Source: a virus
Lineage: Duplodnaviria; Caudoviricetes
DNA: 64,000 nt
Direction: 5' to 3' (one strand)
IMG/VR virus record: IMGVR_UViG_3300032303_001800
Span: 14,431-78,430 of that record
This document shows positions 45,192 through 54,481 of the stretch, one piece after another. Both the position numbers and the translations under genes were made by a program. A model generated the notes under the pieces. It was not told where the DNA came from. It did no database searches and saw only the letters and a list, made by a program, of their open reading frames with translations. Each line of letters opens with the position of its first letter. Position 1 is the first letter of the stretch.

Positions 45192-45595
45192 TAGAAGGGT
45201 TCGTACGAACTTCCACCGGAGTTACCACCACGGGCGCCAGCGCCAGCGGTAGCACGTTCGGTCTTAATGACACTAGCGCGGTCAAAGCGGAGCGATACGC
45301 CCACTTCATCTGCAATAACTTCTACTGAAGTTCCGGGCGTGCCATCCTTCTTTTCGTAACTGCGGACCTCAAGGCGACCAGAGACGGTAGCGCGGTTGCC
45401 ACGGGTGAGCGTGTTTGCCACGTTCTCAGCCATACCGCCGAAAGTAACAACGTCATAGAAAGACGTGCGTTCTTCACCGCTCTTATCCTTGTGATTTACG
45501 GCTACGGCAAATCGTGCAACCTGCATACCGCTGTCCGTAAAACGGATTTCTGGGTCGCGGGTCAAATTGCCTGCAATTGTGATGTGTGAATTCAT
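45191..45595 (-). CDS. ssb: Single-stranded DNA-binding protein
   Basis: ITIAGNLTRDPEIRFT..G..VARF, GRLEVRSYE, acidic/aromatic EPF tail. Confidence 0.95.
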   Translation of the reverse strand: MNSHITIAGNLTRDPEIRFTDSGMQVARFAVAVNHKDKSGEERTSFYDVVTFGGMAENVANTLTRGNRATVSGRLEVRSYEKKDGTPGTSVEVIADEVGVSLRFDRASVIKTERATAGAGARGGNSGGSSYEPF

Positions 45596-45604
45596 TATAA
45601 CTCC

Positions 45605-46459
45605 TTACTGAAGTGACTTAAAGTGTTCGATGAGAATCTTGGCTTCATCCATCGACAGGTCGGTCAACTTGTCCGAGCGACGGTGGATAACTGCGTCAAT
45701 CGCATCCCACATCTGGGGGTCGTCCATGCTGAGACCCTTGTGTGTGATTGCCCAAATAGCGCGGGTTTGCGCTTCTGATGCCATCTTGCCACCACCACCG
45801 ACCGATACGGCCTGTGTTGGCTTGCCGGCAGCCGCACGCACGGTGTCACTAAGACTCTGTGGCGCCTGCTTGCGTACCGGCTCTTGGTAAGAACTGTAGG
45901 ACTGCTCCTCGTGAGAAGCATCTGGGTCTTCGTCTCCCGTAGGAATCCAGAAGAACTGCTTAAAGAAATACTTAGCCGCGGTAGCAAGAGCCTTGTTCAT
46001 CGCCTTGTCTGCGGTGTCTGAAGCCTCTCCGACCATCGTAGAGACAATAGTGTCACCGGCGGGACCGACAATGGTGTATTCCACCACTACGGTTGCAAAG
46101 TGAGCAATGGTTGCCTTGCCGGAAGAGTTCACACCCTCACGGTCGTAAGCACTCTGGCTAATGATGTTCGGGTAGATGGTAAGACCGTTCTTGATAAGAG
46201 CGGGCTGTACCTCTGCAGTAATGGCTTCGATGCCGAGAAACTTGTAACGCTGATTCTCGTTGTAGCCATTCTTGGCGATAAAACCAACGTCTTCCATAGC
46301 CCCACGCACCGCTTCGTAAACGGTAGGCAGTCCACTGTTGGATGCTGTCATGTTGTTTGTTCCTTCCTCATATTCGGTCATATCGACCTCTTCAAATGAA
46401 ATGTTAGCCGCTTCCAAGAGTTGTGTCAAGTCTGGCGGGGTAATTTTTGCGGCGGTCAT
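45605..46459 (-). CDS. ERF family ssDNA-annealing protein
   Basis: KNGYN..QRYKF, GEASD.ADKA.NKA...A.KY, IPTGDEDPD. Confidence 0.85.
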   Translation of the reverse strand: MTAAKITPPDLTQLLEAANISFEEVDMTEYEEGTNNMTASNSGLPTVYEAVRGAMEDVGFIAKNGYNENQRYKFLGIEAITAEVQPALIKNGLTIYPNIISQSAYDREGVNSSGKATIAHFATVVVEYTIVGPAGDTIVSTMVGEASDTADKAMNKALATAAKYFFKQFFWIPTGDEDPDASHEEQSYSSYQEPVRKQAPQSLSDTVRAAAGKPTQAVSVGGGGKMASEAQTRAIWAITHKGLSMDDPQMWDAIDAVIHRRSDKLTDLSMDEAKILIEHFKSLQ

Positions 46460-47478
46460 TACTTCACTCCTCTAAGTGTGCGAGAACTGGGGCGGAACTT
46501 CTTGAACTGCTCAAAGATTTCGGGGGCCTCACGCCTCAAACGGTCGGTGTCCAAAGATTCTACCTCTTTACCAGCCTTGTAAGTCAGAATAACGTTCCCG
46601 TCCACAGTAGCGTACTCGGCGTTACCGACTACTTCAATAATCTTGGCACGAAGACCCTTGCGGACTTTATCGGCCTCTTCTGCGGCCACCTTGGCGGCAC
46701 TGAATTCCTCCCAGAGCGACTTCAGTTCCATGCCACCCTCAAGGCCCTTGCCGGCTTCGTGGCGAGGGTAACGGGCTGCTTGCGCTGCTTCTGTGGCATC
46801 AGAACCGTCGACTTCGGGTGCAGTGTTGGTCTGAACAAGGTCCCAAAACTGTTGCTCAATGATAACTAGGTTTTCCGCGAGTTCTTCGTCCCAAGCAAGG
46901 TGACGAACCTGCAAACCCGTTGGCGGCAAAAGCGCCGCAAAGATAATCTCGTGAACGCCTGTGACAATTCCGTAGTGAACGGTTTGCAAAACGTAACTTT
47001 GAGGGATGGAATTGTTCGACCACTGGTGCACGGTGCCGGGGCTGGCAATGCCCGAGGTCTTGACTTCAAGGATTGCCTTGACCCCCGCTGGCTCAATGTT
47101 GTTCTTCCAGTCGGTTACAACGCCGACAGGGAAATCCGGGGTGGGCTCGACAATCCAAAAGTCGATATTGGCGAACATAAAGTCATTCTTTTCTGATACA
47201 AGAATGACCGGCCATGCCACGACGGCCTGCTTGTGGTCGTGGGCGTACTTCTCTGCAATAACGCGCTCTAGTCGGTGGCCCCAATCGGTAGCCTCATTGC
47301 CTACGTTTTCACGTTCAATAAGGTTGGTACGTTCAGCCCACAAAGCGTAGGCAGACTTGTACTTGTTGACACCACAAACGGTACCGGCGTCAGAACCGCC
47401 GAGACCATTGGCGCGGTAGGCCAACCACTCTTCTTCGGGCATGTCCCACGTTGGGATGATTGCTTTGAACTTATTCAT
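46459..47478 (-). CDS. YqaJ/lambda-exonuclease family recombination nuclease
   Basis: WL.YR..GLGGSD....G.NKYKS, ANID, LEVKT, Y.LQ..HY. Confidence 0.92.
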   Translation of the reverse strand: MNKFKAIIPTWDMPEEEWLAYRANGLGGSDAGTVCGVNKYKSAYALWAERTNLIERENVGNEATDWGHRLERVIAEKYAHDHKQAVVAWPVILVSEKNDFMFANIDFWIVEPTPDFPVGVVTDWKNNIEPAGVKAILEVKTSGIASPGTVHQWSNNSIPQSYVLQTVHYGIVTGVHEIIFAALLPPTGLQVRHLAWDEELAENLVIIEQQFWDLVQTNTAPEVDGSDATEAAQAARYPRHEAGKGLEGGMELKSLWEEFSAAKVAAEEADKVRKGLRAKIIEVVGNAEYATVDGNVILTYKAGKEVESLDTDRLRREAPEIFEQFKKFRPSSRTLRGVK

Positions 47479-47701
47479 TGTTACTTTCCTTTATCTTAAT
47501 AGTGCGAGCGACATTGTCCTCAAACTCGAGGGTCCCACTCTCTCGCAACTCCTGACACACATTATACACAGTTCCGAGCGATAGTCCAGTCAATTTTGCA
47601 AGGTCTCTAAAACTAGGACCATACTTGTGACTGGAGTACCAAGAAACAACCGCCTCCCTGACGGCAACCGTGTTAGAAACTCTAGTATTAAATGTCGTCA
47701 T
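47471..47701 (-). CDS. LexA N-terminal DNA-binding-domain-only protein
   Basis: [44 protein letters not shown] matches the LexA wHTH pattern (PS.REI...G....V..HL..L...G.I.....AR.I.I); no peptidase domain; overlaps the recA stop. Confidence 0.75.
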   Translation of the reverse strand: MTTFNTRVSNTVAVREAVVSWYSSHKYGPSFRDLAKLTGLSLGTVYNVCQELRESGTLEFEDNVARTIKIKESNNE

Positions 47702-48722
47702 CTTCAACAACCTCTTCGACCTCAACAACTCCGATGGTTTCCATCACGCGGTTATAAATTTCTTGATACAACGCTGGGTCTTCCTTTAGACGCTTTTTGG
47801 TTTTTTCTTTACCCTGACCAATGTTTTCGCCTTCATAGTTGAAGTACGCACCGGCACGGCGCAAAATCCCCAAGTCAGTAGCGCAATCAATAAGCACACC
47901 ATACCTAGAAACGCCAACACCGTACTCAAGGTCAAACTCTGCCTGACGGAAAGGTGGTGCTACCTTGTTTTTGGCAACCTTGACGCGGGTGCGGTTAGCA
48001 GTTGATTCCTCGCCGGTTTTAATGGTCTGAATACGACGAATGTCAAGACGGACTGACGAGTAGTAAGGCAGGGCTTTGCCACCGGGGGTGTACTCGCTAG
48101 GCCCATACATCACACCAATCTTTTCACGCAATTGATTGATGAAAATAACCAACGTGTTGTTAATGGACGCGGCGTGGGTCATCTTGCGAAGTGCCTGACC
48201 CATAATTCGAGGCATGAGCCCGACGTGATGGTCGCCCATCTCGCCTTCAATTTCGGCACGGGGGACCAATGCGGCTACGGAGTCAATGACAACAAGGGCC
48301 ACCTCGCCGGACTCGATAACCCGAATGGCGGTCTCTAAACCCTGCTCCGCGTTGGCGGGCTGGGAGAGAATAAGAGACTGAACATCAATGCCAATAGCCT
48401 GTGCGTACACAGGGTCAAAAGTGTGTTCAGCGTCAATGTAGACACAGGTCAAACCGAGCGATTGTGCAGATGCAATAGCGTGCTGAGCAACGGTTGACTT
48501 GCCCGACGAAGTGGGGCCGAAGAACTCGACAATACGGCCTCGGGGCAAGCCACCAACGCCCAAAGCCATGTCCAACGGCAAAATGCCGGTAGAAATAGTT
48601 TCTACGGGGACAATATCTGAGTTGTCAAGGCGCATGATTGCACCTGCACCAAACTGCTGATTGATGGAGTCAATGACGGATGCGAGGCTTCCACCGCGCG
48701 GGGCTGAGGTTTTCTTAGCCAT
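47688..48722 (-). CDS. recA: Bacterial-type RecA recombinase
   Basis: [79 protein letters not shown]. Confidence 0.97.
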   Translation of the reverse strand: MAKKTSAPRGGSLASVIDSINQQFGAGAIMRLDNSDIVPVETISTGILPLDMALGVGGLPRGRIVEFFGPTSSGKSTVAQHAIASAQSLGLTCVYIDAEHTFDPVYAQAIGIDVQSLILSQPANAEQGLETAIRVIESGEVALVVIDSVAALVPRAEIEGEMGDHHVGLMPRIMGQALRKMTHAASINNTLVIFINQLREKIGVMYGPSEYTPGGKALPYYSSVRLDIRRIQTIKTGEESTANRTRVKVAKNKVAPPFRQAEFDLEYGVGVSRYGVLIDCATDLGILRRAGAYFNYEGENIGQGKEKTKKRLKEDPALYQEIYNRVMETIGVVEVEEVVEDDDI

Positions 48723-48810
48723 ACCAATCCTTTCTTAGATTGAACATCAGTATAGCAACTTTGCTGTACATCCGTTCATTTACATGTTAAGATTACCAGT
48801 AAGGAGGATT

Positions 48811-50862
48811 ATGCAACTTTCGTATAACTACGCGTGGCTTGTCGAAGATGAAATTTTTGTGCGTGCCCGTTTTCAACCAGGGTTTGTAGAGGACTGCCGA
48901 GACATTGAGGGTAGGCGCTGGGAGCCAAAAGACAAACTGAATGTCTTCCCTACCTCGCAGGCAGTTTCCGTTAAGGCGCTCGCAGACAAATGGAAGGTTA
49001 TGCTTTCACCGGAAGTGTACGCGCTTCTATCCGTTTCGGAAGACGAACTGTCAATGCCAGCCGGGGAATTCAACCTGGATGTAGAAGAAGGTGAAGTAGT
49101 AGTTCGCTTTCCCTACAATCCACGACTCATTAATACCATTAAATCTATGGTCCCCGGTTGTAAATGGAATAACGAAAAAAAATTTTGGCAAATTCCACAG
49201 TCAAATTACGTTAATCTCCTAGAGTTTGCTACCGCAAACACCTTTACGTCATCTGAAGAATTTTTGATTCTTATGAATGACACAGTGAAACTCATTGATG
49301 AACAACGTACAGCGTCATCTGCGTTAGATGCAGACATAGTTATTCCGAACATGGTAGGCGAGTTGATGCCGTATCAGCGTGCTGGGGTTGCGTACTTAAA
49401 AAAGGCTAGGAAGGCAATCCTCGGCGACCAGCCCGGACTTGGAAAAACCGTCCAAGCACTCGCGACTATTGCGTCGGAGGACGCGTGGCCGGTGGTTATC
49501 GTGTGCCCGAACACCCTGAAGTATAACTGGATGCGGGAGACCGCCCGTTTCTTTCCCCATCTCAATGTGGTCATGTTGGACGGCACGAAGCCTACCGAGG
49601 GTGGCTGGAGTAAGAAGATGGATGTGATGATTGTCAATTACGACATCTTGCAGGAGCGTACCCCGGAATTTTATGCCAATGGGTTTAACTCGTTGATTGT
49701 CGATGAATCGCACGCCATCAAGAACGGTAAGCGTAGTCATATATGCCCCGATTGCAAGTCGGTAGTCCGTTCTAACACTAAGAATTGCAAGATTTGCGGC
49801 ACGGTTGGCATTACGCCCGTTGAAAAATGGAGCGTCAAGCGGACTGGTGCGGTAATGAAGTTGGCGAAGAGCCTCCCCAAAAATAATTTTGTTCTTTTGC
49901 TCACGGGAACGCCTATCACCAATAGGCCAATGGAACTGGTGCCGCAGTTAGAAGCCATTGGAATGCTAGAGCATTTTGGCGGAGCGTGGCGGTTTCAGAA
50001 CCGTTATGCACCCCAACGGAACGTGGCTACCAATACCAAAGAACTCAACGAACGGATGCGGTCGCTGTGCTTTGTACGCCGGTTGAAGAAAGACATCTAC
50101 GAGGAACTACCTGAACTGCGTAACGCCGTACAGTATCTCGAGGTGCCCAATGACCAAATGGAATGGTACAAGCAGGTTGAGCGGGATGTTGTCGAATACT
50201 TTGCTGAGAAGGCTATGTTGCTGGCGGCTGAAGCCGGTGAGGATGAGGTAGAGGCCTACTGGCACAAAAAGATTACGCTGATGAACGCTGAGCACCTTGT
50301 ACGCCTTACCGGGCTGCGGGACGCTGCGGCAAGGATTAAGCACAGCACTATCACCGATTGGATTGATAATTTTCTTGAATCTAGCGATGGTGAGAAGGTC
50401 ATCGTCTACGCCGAACACATTGAGTTGGTAGAGAAGATTTACGCTCGCTACCGTGATGTGGCGGTCAAGATTCGTGGTGGTGTATCTACTGCTGACCGTG
50501 ATGCCGCTGTCACCCGCTTTCAGACCGACCCCGAATGTCGTGTATTCGTAGCCAACATGACCGCGGCCAGCGAAGGTCTTACCCTTACTGCCGCTAGTGA
50601 CGTTGTCTTTTGTGAACTTGGATGGACCCCCGCACTGCACGAACAGTGCGTATCCCGTGCCTACGGTCGAGTGAATGACATGCACGGCGCTACGGCGTGG
50701 TATCTTCTTGCCCCCGATACGATTGACGAGGACATATACTTGCTCTTACAGAAGAAGCAACTAATTGTAGAATCCGTCACCGACGGAGTTGACAATGTCA
50801 AAACTGCGAGTATAGTTAACGACCTAATCATCCGATTAGCGGAAAGAGGAATGAAGAAATAA
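48811..50862 (+). CDS. SNF2-family helicase with two HARP-like N-terminal modules
   Basis: DQPGLGKT, DESH, LLTGTP..NRP, EGLTL, WTP...EQC..RAYGR; N-terminal RF..GF...RRW and FPYN.....KW repeats; AGGAGG RBS. Confidence 0.88.
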   Translation: MQLSYNYAWLVEDEIFVRARFQPGFVEDCRDIEGRRWEPKDKLNVFPTSQAVSVKALADKWKVMLSPEVYALLSVSEDELSMPAGEFNLDVEEGEVVVRFPYNPRLINTIKSMVPGCKWNNEKKFWQIPQSNYVNLLEFATANTFTSSEEFLILMNDTVKLIDEQRTASSALDADIVIPNMVGELMPYQRAGVAYLKKARKAILGDQPGLGKTVQALATIASEDAWPVVIVCPNTLKYNWMRETARFFPHLNVVMLDGTKPTEGGWSKKMDVMIVNYDILQERTPEFYANGFNSLIVDESHAIKNGKRSHICPDCKSVVRSNTKNCKICGTVGITPVEKWSVKRTGAVMKLAKSLPKNNFVLLLTGTPITNRPMELVPQLEAIGMLEHFGGAWRFQNRYAPQRNVATNTKELNERMRSLCFVRRLKKDIYEELPELRNAVQYLEVPNDQMEWYKQVERDVVEYFAEKAMLLAAEAGEDEVEAYWHKKITLMNAEHLVRLTGLRDAAARIKHSTITDWIDNFLESSDGEKVIVYAEHIELVEKIYARYRDVAVKIRGGVSTADRDAAVTRFQTDPECRVFVANMTAASEGLTLTAASDVVFCELGWTPALHEQCVSRAYGRVNDMHGATAWYLLAPDTIDEDIYLLLQKKQLIVESVTDGVDNVKTASIVNDLIIRLAERGMKK

Positions 50863-51836
50863 TGACAGAGGTAACAACTTCAACGACCGATGGAAAGGAA
50901 GTCGTTGGACAAATCACAGTGGGGAACGATGTAATTATTGGCTCGCTTACGGCAGAACGCTCTGTTGTAATTCCGGGCTGGATTGTCACTCACCCAGATT
51001 TGTCTGACCGCGCCGTGAGGCTGTGGGGTTACATGAAGGGTGCGCTGAACGGTTCGTTCACTATCCCCGGAACCACACACAAGTCTTTGGCGCTCCTTCT
51101 TGACGTATCCGAGCGGACGGCTCGAGAGGCTATTTACGAACTCCGCGATGCTGGCGCACTTATCGCTGAACACGTTGTTGTGAACGGCCGCCAGATGGGA
51201 AATCGCTACTACTTGTGGCCCGCTAAGTCGGAGCACGTTGGGGTGGCAGCCAGTAGCCAGGGTGGCAGCCAGTTGCCAGCCGTATATAGTATTAATAATA
51301 ATACTATTAATACTACTAATAATACTGCAGAAATTTCTGCTTCATCGGAAACTTCATCTCGCAAGAACGCCAAGAACGATTACAGCGAAGACTTTGAATC
51401 ACTCTGGCAGATTTATCCTCGACGCATTAACAAATCAAACTCGTACAAGGCATTTTGCTCAACGCTTCGTCGTGGTGTATCGTTAGAAGAACTTACTCTT
51501 GCCACCCGCAACTACGCATCAGAGCGTATTGGGCAAGAAGAGCGTTATACTCTTCACGGCGCAACGTTCTTTGGTAAGGGCGAACGCTGGCGGGACTGGT
51601 TGCCCAAGGTCGAGGTACCATTCATCTTGGATGCCGAGACAGAGAAGGTCGCCCTCATCTGGGACCTCTACGACCTCACGGGTGTATGGCACCCAGGAGA
51701 GCGTGGACTTGACAATCCCGCAAAGCACGGCTACAGTCGTGTACGGAATACAAAAGGCCAGTTGGTCGACGTGAGTGGAATTCCCTACGAGTTAGATGCT
51801 CAAGGGGCGCGTCGCCAAATTGGTTACTGGAACTAG
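50862..51836 (+). CDS. Replication initiator (N-terminal HTH, internal iterons)
   Basis: LSDRAVRLWGY...LA.LLDVSERT.R.AI.EL..AG HTH; YSEDFESLWQIYPRR..K..FL.G..W domain; followed by a helicase gene. Confidence 0.82.
   Translation: MTEVTTSTTDGKEVVGQITVGNDVIIGSLTAERSVVIPGWIVTHPDLSDRAVRLWGYMKGALNGSFTIPGTTHKSLALLLDVSERTAREAIYELRDAGALIAEHVVVNGRQMGNRYYLWPAKSEHVGVAASSQGGSQLPAVYSINNNTINTTNNTAEISASSETSSRKNAKNDYSEDFESLWQIYPRRINKSNSYKAFCSTLRRGVSLEELTLATRNYASERIGQEERYTLHGATFFGKGERWRDWLPKVEVPFILDAETEKVALIWDLYDLTGVWHPGERGLDNPAKHGYSRVRNTKGQLVDVSGIPYELDAQGARRQIGYWN
51241..51340 (+). repeat. Candidate replication origin: two tandem 19-bp iterons plus AT-rich tract
   Basis: GGGTGGCAGCCAGT(A/T)GCCA at 51241-51259 and 51260-51278; AT-rich 51283-51325; GCAGAAATTTCTGC palindrome. 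Confidence 0.8.
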
Positions 51837-51851
51837 AAGAGGAACAACGTA

Positions 51852-53063
51852 ATGACAACTAACAAAATTCCCCATGACCAAGTCGCTGAGGATTCCCTCA
51901 TTGGGGCGATGCTCCTCTCATACGAGACCGCAAGTCGTGTTATGGACATGTGTGAGGCTGATGCCTTTTACAATCCTCGCCACCGCCGGACGTTTGAAGC
52001 AATTGGCAATCTGGTTCAAGACGGAGTAATCCCAGACCCAATCGTGGTGTGCGCCGAGATGCATACGCCCGATTTGGTCAACATCCTTACTGATTTGATG
52101 GTAAACACCCCCGGAACCGCCAATGTCGAGGGTTGGGCAAAGATTATTACTACCCACCACGCTTCTCGCAGGCTGATTGAGAGCCTTATACGCTCCGCAA
52201 ACGTGGTTACCGACGGCGTGGACCCCTACGAGGAGGCGGGACGAGTAGAGAAGTTCATTTCTGGGCTTGGTACCGCCCAAACGTCAGAGCCAGAGGCTAT
52301 GACCATCGATGAGTTGTCGATGAACGCTGAGAGTCTCGCCCCGACCGTAATCCCGGGAATGATGAACCAAGACTACCGAACCATTGTTGTCGCCGAGGAA
52401 GGGGCCGGTAAGTCGCTTTTGCTTCGTACAATTGCTATGTCTGCCTCGCAGGGCATTCACCCCTTCTCACACCGGGCTATTAAGCCAATCCGCGCTTTGG
52501 TAATCGACCTTGAAAACCCAGCACAGGCTATTTTGCAAACGGCTGTTCCTTTTGCCAACTTTCTTGAGTCTCGGGCTGAAGACTACGACTCAGAGCGATT
52601 GAAGATTTTTCGTCGGCCCGGTGGTATTGAAATTCGCAAACTGGCTGACCGCTCTGAGATTCAACGCGAGATTGCCCACCACAAACCAGACCTTGTCTGC
52701 ATTGGCCCCATCTACAAGATGTATCGACGCGGCTCTAGTGAATCCTACGAAGATTCTGCCGATGAAGCGATGGCTGTCCTTGATGACCTTCGCATCAAGT
52801 ACGGTTTTGCCCTAATTATGGAGCATCACGCCGCAAAGGGTAAGTCTGGGGAGAAGCGAGACCTTACCCCTATGGGTTCACAGCGATGGATGGCATGGCC
52901 AGAAATTGGTATCTCGCTCTACAAAGACCAAGATGACCCCACAATGATGCACGTTAAGCGTTACCGTGGAGACCGCTTGACTGGCGTTGACTGGCCTGAT
53001 AGGATTCTCCGTGACAGGAATTGGCTTGTTGATGGGGCATGGGACGGACCGGTGGGTGAATAA
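51852..53063 (+). CDS. Replicative helicase (DnaB N-terminal domain plus RepA/AAA_25-like motor)
   Basis: IPHD..AE.SLIGAML...FYNPRHR.TF.AI; AEEGAGKS; LVIDLEN; EHHA.K; GSQRW. Confidence 0.85.
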   Translation: MTTNKIPHDQVAEDSLIGAMLLSYETASRVMDMCEADAFYNPRHRRTFEAIGNLVQDGVIPDPIVVCAEMHTPDLVNILTDLMVNTPGTANVEGWAKIITTHHASRRLIESLIRSANVVTDGVDPYEEAGRVEKFISGLGTAQTSEPEAMTIDELSMNAESLAPTVIPGMMNQDYRTIVVAEEGAGKSLLLRTIAMSASQGIHPFSHRAIKPIRALVIDLENPAQAILQTAVPFANFLESRAEDYDSERLKIFRRPGGIEIRKLADRSEIQREIAHHKPDLVCIGPIYKMYRRGSSESYEDSADEAMAVLDDLRIKYGFALIMEHHAAKGKSGEKRDLTPMGSQRWMAWPEIGISLYKDQDDPTMMHVKRYRGDRLTGVDWPDRILRDRNWLVDGAWDGPVGE

Positions 53064-53572
53064 TGAGCGTAGTGGTTGCTTACAGAACTAAAAACGAGGC
53101 GTGGATGGCTTTTGACTCCGCGCTTTCTGGTGACGGTGTTATTTACGAAACTACCACCCCCAAGGCTATCAAGCACGCTGGTGAGGGTTTAATTGGAGCG
53201 GCGGGAGATTGGAGCGTTATTAACGCCATTGAATCCCTCAAGGCTACGAAATGCACGCCCTACAACGTCCTTGGGGCCCTTAGGGAACTAAAGAAGGACA
53301 ACGACGCACTGGATACCGAAATCCTTTTTGCCTACCCAAATAAGCCTCTTTCGCTTATTCAGGTTGATTTTTCGGTCATTGACCTAAAGTCACCGTTTAT
53401 GGCCATCGGCGCCGGTGCGCCTTATGCCTTGGGGTACCTAGAAGCCTGCGAAGAAATTGGCAAGGCTGAACTAATCACCGCGGTGGAAGTAGCCGCTAAA
53501 TACTCACAAAGTGTTATGAAGCCCGTAAAGGTTTTGCGGGTCACCTTAAAGGAGGACAACAATGAATTGTGA
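53063..53572 (+). CDS. Ntn-hydrolase, HslV/proteasome-beta-like protein
   Basis: MSVVVA...FDSA.SG; AIGAGAPYALGYL...AV.VAAKYS. Confidence 0.7.
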   Translation: MSVVVAYRTKNEAWMAFDSALSGDGVIYETTTPKAIKHAGEGLIGAAGDWSVINAIESLKATKCTPYNVLGALRELKKDNDALDTEILFAYPNKPLSLIQVDFSVIDLKSPFMAIGAGAPYALGYLEACEEIGKAELITAVEVAAKYSQSVMKPVKVLRVTLKEDNNEL

Positions 53573-53828
53573 TGGAAATTGCAAATGCAAGCAAGAAAGC
53601 GCTATAATGACCAGTCCCCTTTTTACTTACAATGAATGGATTGAATATGGCATTTCTAACGGGTTCTGCTCTCGAGTTGTATGCGAAATACACGACGGCG
53701 CGCCGATTACGGAGACAGAAGGCGAACTATTTGACGCCGGACTGGACCCGTGTGCGTTCATCGTACGACTTGGAACGGAAACTTCTTGGGAAGAAGACGC
53801 CGTAGCAATGAAAAGTCTTATTCTTTAA
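53562..53828 (+). CDS. Hypothetical protein
   Basis: ORF track; GGAGG RBS. Confidence 0.65.
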   Translation: MNCDGNCKCKQESAIMTSPLFTYNEWIEYGISNGFCSRVVCEIHDGAPITETEGELFDAGLDPCAFIVRLGTETSWEEDAVAMKSLIL

Positions 53829-53846
53829 CTGTCCGGAGGGACAACA

Positions 53847-54272
53847 ATGATTTCACAACAGTGGGCCGACAATTCAATTTGCCGCGGAAGCGGTGAGGAT
53901 TTTTACGGCACAGAAATTACAGAGAAAATGACAGCACTTTGCGGGGCTTGTCCCGTGCGTAAAGAGTGCCTAAGTCACGCTTTAACCTATGAAGCACACG
54001 GCTATTGGGCGGGTACAACTGAACAATGGCGTGCTAAAGAGCGACAACGACTGGGCATGAAGCAGCCCTTCATCGACTCTGGCGTTGCCCGCGTTGTCTC
54101 TAAGTCGGCTTACGAATTAAAACCTATTGAACATAACACCGAGCGGGGCTACCAAGCCCATCAACGGCGAAAGATTCCGTTTTTCTATGACGGAGCCAGA
54201 ACGGAATGCGGTTGCCAAGAGGCACATCGAGCCTACATCAAAAATTATCGAGCAAAGAAAGTGTCAAAATGA
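53847..54272 (+). CDS. whiB: WhiB-like protein with a C-terminal His/Cys extension
   Basis: SIC...LCGACPVRKECL.HAL...GYWAG; C-terminal H.TERGYQ.H...C.C..AH. Confidence 0.82.
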   Translation: MISQQWADNSICRGSGEDFYGTEITEKMTALCGACPVRKECLSHALTYEAHGYWAGTTEQWRAKERQRLGMKQPFIDSGVARVVSKSAYELKPIEHNTERGYQAHQRRKIPFFYDGARTECGCQEAHRAYIKNYRAKKVSK

Positions 54273-54481
54273 CAAACACAGTAGCAGTAATTATGATTTT
54301 GTTGGGCCTGAGTATGATAATCAGCGCAACAATTATCCAAATCAAAACTCGCAAACAAGTTCGTCGAAGGTTGAAGAGTATGTCCAACCATCCGGCGTTT
54401 ACTTATTACGCCACCGGGGGAAACGTTTTCTCCGAAGTGACCATTGAGGGCGTATCAGTCAAAAGGAACTTAAATGACTAA
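54269..54481 (+). CDS. Small membrane protein
   Basis: ATGA overlap; hydrophobic N-terminus. Confidence 0.6.
   Translation: MTNTVAVIMILLGLSMIISATIIQIKTRKQVRRRLKSMSNHPAFTYYATGGNVFSEVTIEGVSVKRNLND

Noticed and set aside
9161-53063. Inteins or group I introns in terL, recA, helicases or MCP
   Set aside because: ORFs are uninterrupted and of normal length; no C/S...HN splice motifs or LAGLIDADG blocks were seen
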